Source: Candidatus Woesebacteria bacterium (GTDB taxonomy: Bacteria; Patescibacteriota; Microgenomatia; UBA8517). From it: a stretch of 64,000 nt of DNA. This document shows positions 60,821 to 64,000 of this stretch, in pieces. The notes beneath the pieces are model-generated. The model did not search any database. It worked only from the letters and a program-made list of their open reading frames with translations, and was not told where the DNA came from. The position numbers and the translations under genes are program-made. Each line of letters begins with the position of its first letter. Position 1 is the stretch's first letter. The stretch lies in contig CP066693.1 in the NCBI GenBank assembly GCA_016432525.1, forward strand, positions 721,639 to 785,638, written 5' to 3'.

Positions 60821-61897
60821 TCACACTTGATATTTTTTAATTCCACTCATGTTATTTTGAATATCAACATCAGAAACAATTCCAACACTATACTTTGCCC
60901 TAGTAATGGCAACATAAAACTTTGATCTACTTATAGGAGCTAACTCAGAGTTATTATCTTTGAGCCATTTGATTATTGGCTCTGTTGGATACAAAATTAC
61001 TCTTTCGAACTCTTGACCTTTAGAATCTCCGAAGTTAGCATATTTATATTCCTTATCAATATTTGTTCTTGAATCATTTCGTAATTGGATTGGATTATGT
61101 TTTGAAAGATAGGATTTAACATCTTTGCTTTTTATTACAAATACTCCATCATGACCAGTTTTGCTTGCATTTCCGCACAAAGTTTTCGTGAGATTTGGGT
61201 AAAGTTTGTTCGATAATTCACATATTAAAGTCGAGCTACGATAATTTGTAGTTAACGAAGTAGTATCTGTCTCGATTGTTATTGATTTATCTCCAAAAAA
61301 ACTTAATATATTTGCCCTCTTATATTTTCTGTTTTTAGAAGAGTTGCTTGTGGAATACGTTCCTTGTCTTGGATCACCAACCAAGAGTAAATTAGATTTA
61401 CATTTGAGAAGTAGTTTTAATAATTCTAAATCATATCCTGATAGATCCTGTATCTCGTCAATATAGATATGTTGGTAAATCCTTGATATTCTATTAACTA
61501 CTTCTCCTTTACAACAACTATTACATTTAAGTACAAATTTAGTAAGTTTATCTGAAAATATTCTTTGATTTTTTGTAAAATAATGATTTTCTGTATCACC
61601 TTCAGGAACATAAGGGGCTGATTGAGAACTCACTAAAACCATTCCTTTTATGTCTTTGTCATAAACACTACCCTGATATGGTTTTGCACCATGTTCTAAC
61701 AGAAACGAAAACCATGTCTGAATTGTAATATTCTCTGGAATAAATTTATTAATCTGAATTATTTTCTTACGAATCTCTTTTTCATTTGACCGAGTATATG
61801 TAGTTATTAAAACATTTTCGTCCTTGCAAACTAGTGCACTTTTAACTAAAAAAGTAGTTTTCCCTGATCCCGCTGCACCTATAACCAACTTGTTCAT
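60821..61897 (-). CDS. Short UvrD-like SF1 helicase (GajB-like partner of OLD nuclease)
   Basis: 358 aa. Walker A IGAAGSGKTT, Walker B YIDEIQDLS, motif VI-like YVAITRAK. 8 nt downstream of the OLD-family gene. Confidence 0.65.
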   Translation of the reverse strand: MNKLVIGAAGSGKTTFLVKSALVCKDENVLITTYTRSNEKEIRKKIIQINKFIPENITIQTWFSFLLEHGAKPYQGSVYDKDIKGMVLVSSQSAPYVPEGDTENHYFTKNQRIFSDKLTKFVLKCNSCCKGEVVNRISRIYQHIYIDEIQDLSGYDLELLKLLLKCKSNLLLVGDPRQGTYSTSNSSKNRKYKRANILSFFGDKSITIETDTTSLTTNYRSSTLICELSNKLYPNLTKTLCGNASKTGHDGVFVIKSKDVKSYLSKHNPIQLRNDSRTNIDKEYKYANFGDSKGQEFERVILYPTEPIIKWLKDNNSELAPISRSKFYVAITRAKYSVGIVSDVDIQNNMSGIKKYQV

Positions 61898-61905
61898 GTT
61901 TATTT

Positions 61906-63567
61906 TTAACTAATAGCATTGAGAATATATTGTGGAAATTTGATCGATTCTTTGGTATCAAATATTGCTAATGCACATTCGGTTTTATTTCCTTTCATAT
62001 ATGTTAATAGCTCACTGTCTGTTTTGAATTGTTTTCCAAAAACTTTATTTAATATTTCCAGGCTGTTTACTTTAAGTAGTTTTGGCTCAAGCGTATTGTA
62101 GTTAAATGTTGAACCATTAATCATTGGTCCCGTATCTACAGTGGCACTAAAGCAAATTTTGATTTTAGACTTAGTTTTAGATCCAAGATAATTTTCATAC
62201 TTTTTATTTAAAGAATTTACATCTCCATCATTGTCTGTAACAACTATTACTTGCTGATCTATCTTTTCAGCAATTTCTAAAAATCTTAAAAACGAAGTCC
62301 CTACAGAAATTACATCTAATCCGTCTTCTATTGGAAGTTTTTTGTAACTCACCAAATATGCCTTTTGTACTGCCAACTCGTCCGAGTCACCTTCAACCAA
62401 AATAGCTTTTTTACATAGAACAAGCCTGAGTGTGTCATATCCAGGAATTTTTTCAAAGAATTTGTAGGTATCGGGACTCAATTCGGTAAGCGGAATTGTT
62501 TTCCTTTCTTTGAGTAGGGTTAAACTTTCTAGACCTAATTTATTTGCTACAAAGCTACTATGCGTAGTTACTACTATTTGTTTTCCCTCACAATCATCTT
62601 TAATGTCATTTATAAATTGATTAAGTTTTGTATGGGAAAGATGATTTTCTGGCTCCTCTAATAATATTAGATTGGCATATTGGCTTTTTCCGTTACTTAG
62701 CGCAAGTTTGGTTTTTATAATACACTGTTCTCCTTTCCCGATTTGCTGGAACGGAACATCGTCCAAGTATGCCATTAAACTACTTTCCCATGCATTTTTT
62801 GGGGTTAAATCAACTGATAATTTTAGTTCCTTTTTTGAAATATTTGTTGCATTTTTTATTTTTGTGTTGATATTCACAATAGGGGTCTCTGAGAGGAAAA
62901 ATTCTTGCATTTTTCTAAGGGTTTGTGAAATACCTACCATATCTTCATTTTCTAGGTGATTTCTCAATATATAAGAAATATAAATATCCGAACCGTTCTG
63001 GTAACGATAACTCGAAGAGTCGATTAAGGCTGATTTAATTGGAACGCTTGTTGATTTTGTAATTGGTCCTCTAGCACAATCATTCCATTCAACTTCGTAA
63101 TATTCAGTTGGAATATTTTTAACATTTCCGCCTTTGATAAATTCAGCATATTCACCTTTATATTTATCATTGAATGCTATTTTCATTGAAACACAACATT
63201 CTTTCTTCTTTTCAGAATTGCCGTCTCCTTCAAATGAAGGTAGTTCGTCTCCCGCTATAAACACTTCGATTAGTATGTATGGAGGTATTGCTCCTGTACC
63301 AGCAGTTTTAATATATTCAGCGACGACCTCGTTGTTAAAAAGGTTTTGGCTCAGTTCGTTTTTAATATAATGTCCATTTATTAATCCTGTAAGAGCTAGG
63401 TGAATTGCTTCTAAAATAGTTGACTTTCCAGTTTCATTGTCTCCAACCAATATATTAAGACCTTGTTTTAATTTAAGATTAAATTTACCCTTGAAACATT
63501 TGAAGTTTTCGATATTAACTTCTTTTATATAAATTGTAGAATCTTTAGAATTCATTTTTTGTTGCAT
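61906..63567 (-). CDS. OLD-family ATP-dependent endonuclease (ABC-type ATPase + Toprim), GajA-like
   Basis: 553 aa. N-terminal Walker A VGDNETGKST, D-loop ILLEEPENHL, H-loop TTHS. C-terminal Toprim LVEGDSDE ... VVTDNDGD. Confidence 0.8.
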   Translation of the reverse strand: MQQKMNSKDSTIYIKEVNIENFKCFKGKFNLKLKQGLNILVGDNETGKSTILEAIHLALTGLINGHYIKNELSQNLFNNEVVAEYIKTAGTGAIPPYILIEVFIAGDELPSFEGDGNSEKKKECCVSMKIAFNDKYKGEYAEFIKGGNVKNIPTEYYEVEWNDCARGPITKSTSVPIKSALIDSSSYRYQNGSDIYISYILRNHLENEDMVGISQTLRKMQEFFLSETPIVNINTKIKNATNISKKELKLSVDLTPKNAWESSLMAYLDDVPFQQIGKGEQCIIKTKLALSNGKSQYANLILLEEPENHLSHTKLNQFINDIKDDCEGKQIVVTTHSSFVANKLGLESLTLLKERKTIPLTELSPDTYKFFEKIPGYDTLRLVLCKKAILVEGDSDELAVQKAYLVSYKKLPIEDGLDVISVGTSFLRFLEIAEKIDQQVIVVTDNDGDVNSLNKKYENYLGSKTKSKIKICFSATVDTGPMINGSTFNYNTLEPKLLKVNSLEILNKVFGKQFKTDSELLTYMKGNKTECALAIFDTKESIKFPQYILNAIS

Positions 63568-63600
63568 TTTTAAAAATCTACTTCAAACTATTTTCATGTT

Positions 63601-63999
63601 TTAATTTTTACTAAACTTTTTCACCGCATCCTTAAACATAGCATTCCCTGTCATATTCCATTTAACATAATTAGTAACTTCACTAGCGGGAACAAATCTT
63701 CTCTCCCAAATATCACCGTTATCTGGATCTGGAGTTTGGGGGAGTAATTCATCAATTTCACAAATACATCTAACTTGGTAAATAAATTCATTTGGTTTCT
63801 CTTTTGGGTATGCCTTTTGAATTCCAAGAATTTTAATATTTTTGACTTTTACATCAACTTCTTCAACCATTTCCCTTTCCAAAGATTGTTCTGTGGTTTC
63901 ACTCTTTTCAGGATGTCCACCAGGAATTTGCCATTCGCTATCTTTATTTCTTCTGCAAATTAAAATCTCATTTTTGTCATTAAAACAAATTCCATACAC
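63601..63999 (-). CDS. NUDIX hydrolase
   Basis: Nudix box GGHPEKSETTEQSLEREMVEEVDV. 33 nt upstream of the OLD gene on the same strand. Start may lie beyond the window edge. Confidence 0.8.
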   Translation of the reverse strand: MYGICFNDKNEILICRRNKDSEWQIPGGHPEKSETTEQSLEREMVEEVDVKVKNIKILGIQKAYPKEKPNEFIYQVRCICEIDELLPQTPDPDNGDIWERRFVPASEVTNYVKWNMTGNAMFKDAVKKFSKN

Positions 64000-64000
64000 T

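Larger units (their letters stand above)
53575..64000. mobile_element. Integrated phage-satellite/PICI-like element (left end at the ychF 5' end, right end beyond the window)
   Basis: Serine recombinase, Xis-like HTH, XRE repressor, primase-polymerase/helicase, terminase small subunit, and defense cargo (NUDIX-OLD-UvrD). No core genes between 53.6 kb and the window end. Confidence 0.6.

Noticed and set aside
1-64000. CRISPR arrays, rRNA genes, IS elements
   Set aside because: No spacer-repeat periodicity, no rRNA-like conserved stretches and no transposase-like ORFs seen on either strand.

Overview
This 64 kb window is a low-GC (about 33%) chromosome segment with the gene content of a reduced-genome, probably Patescibacteria/CPR-like, bacterium using the standard genetic code (TGA, TAA and TAG all close clear homologues). 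Most of it is core housekeeping: pheS-pheT, a class A PBP, tyrS, recG, rpmF-nusB-rnc, rpsP with a KH protein, gyrB/gyrA, ppa, efp, tRNA-Leu(CAA), dnaB, rpmE, a short RF1, HtrA, a Ctp S41 peptidase, rpsF-ssb-rpsR and ychF. A complete minus-strand type IV pilus locus runs from pilB through pilT, pilC, a GC-rich major pilin, pilD, about seven minor/pseudopilin genes and a PilX-like gene to pilMNO (11.7-23.7 kb). The last ~10.5 kb (53.6 kb to the window edge) is an integrated mobile element inserted at the 5' end of ychF. It carries a large serine recombinase, an excisionase-like HTH, an XRE repressor, a primase-polymerase/helicase replication protein, a terminase small subunit and a cargo operon NUDIX - OLD-family ATPase/Toprim nuclease (GajA-like) - short UvrD-like helicase (GajB-like). 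I read this as a phage-satellite/PICI-like island carrying a Gabija-type anti-phage system with a NUDIX gene in front. Other points of note are a GC-rich structured 820-bp intergenic region with sRNA-like promoter and terminator signals upstream of tyrS, a GC-rich single-gene island with its own promoter, 5'-UTR hairpin and terminator (45.8-46.5 kb), a tyrosine recombinase flanked by long noncoding DNA with direct repeats, an N-terminally truncated RF1, an L31 with a Lys-rich tail and a catalytic-domain-only HisRS paralog.
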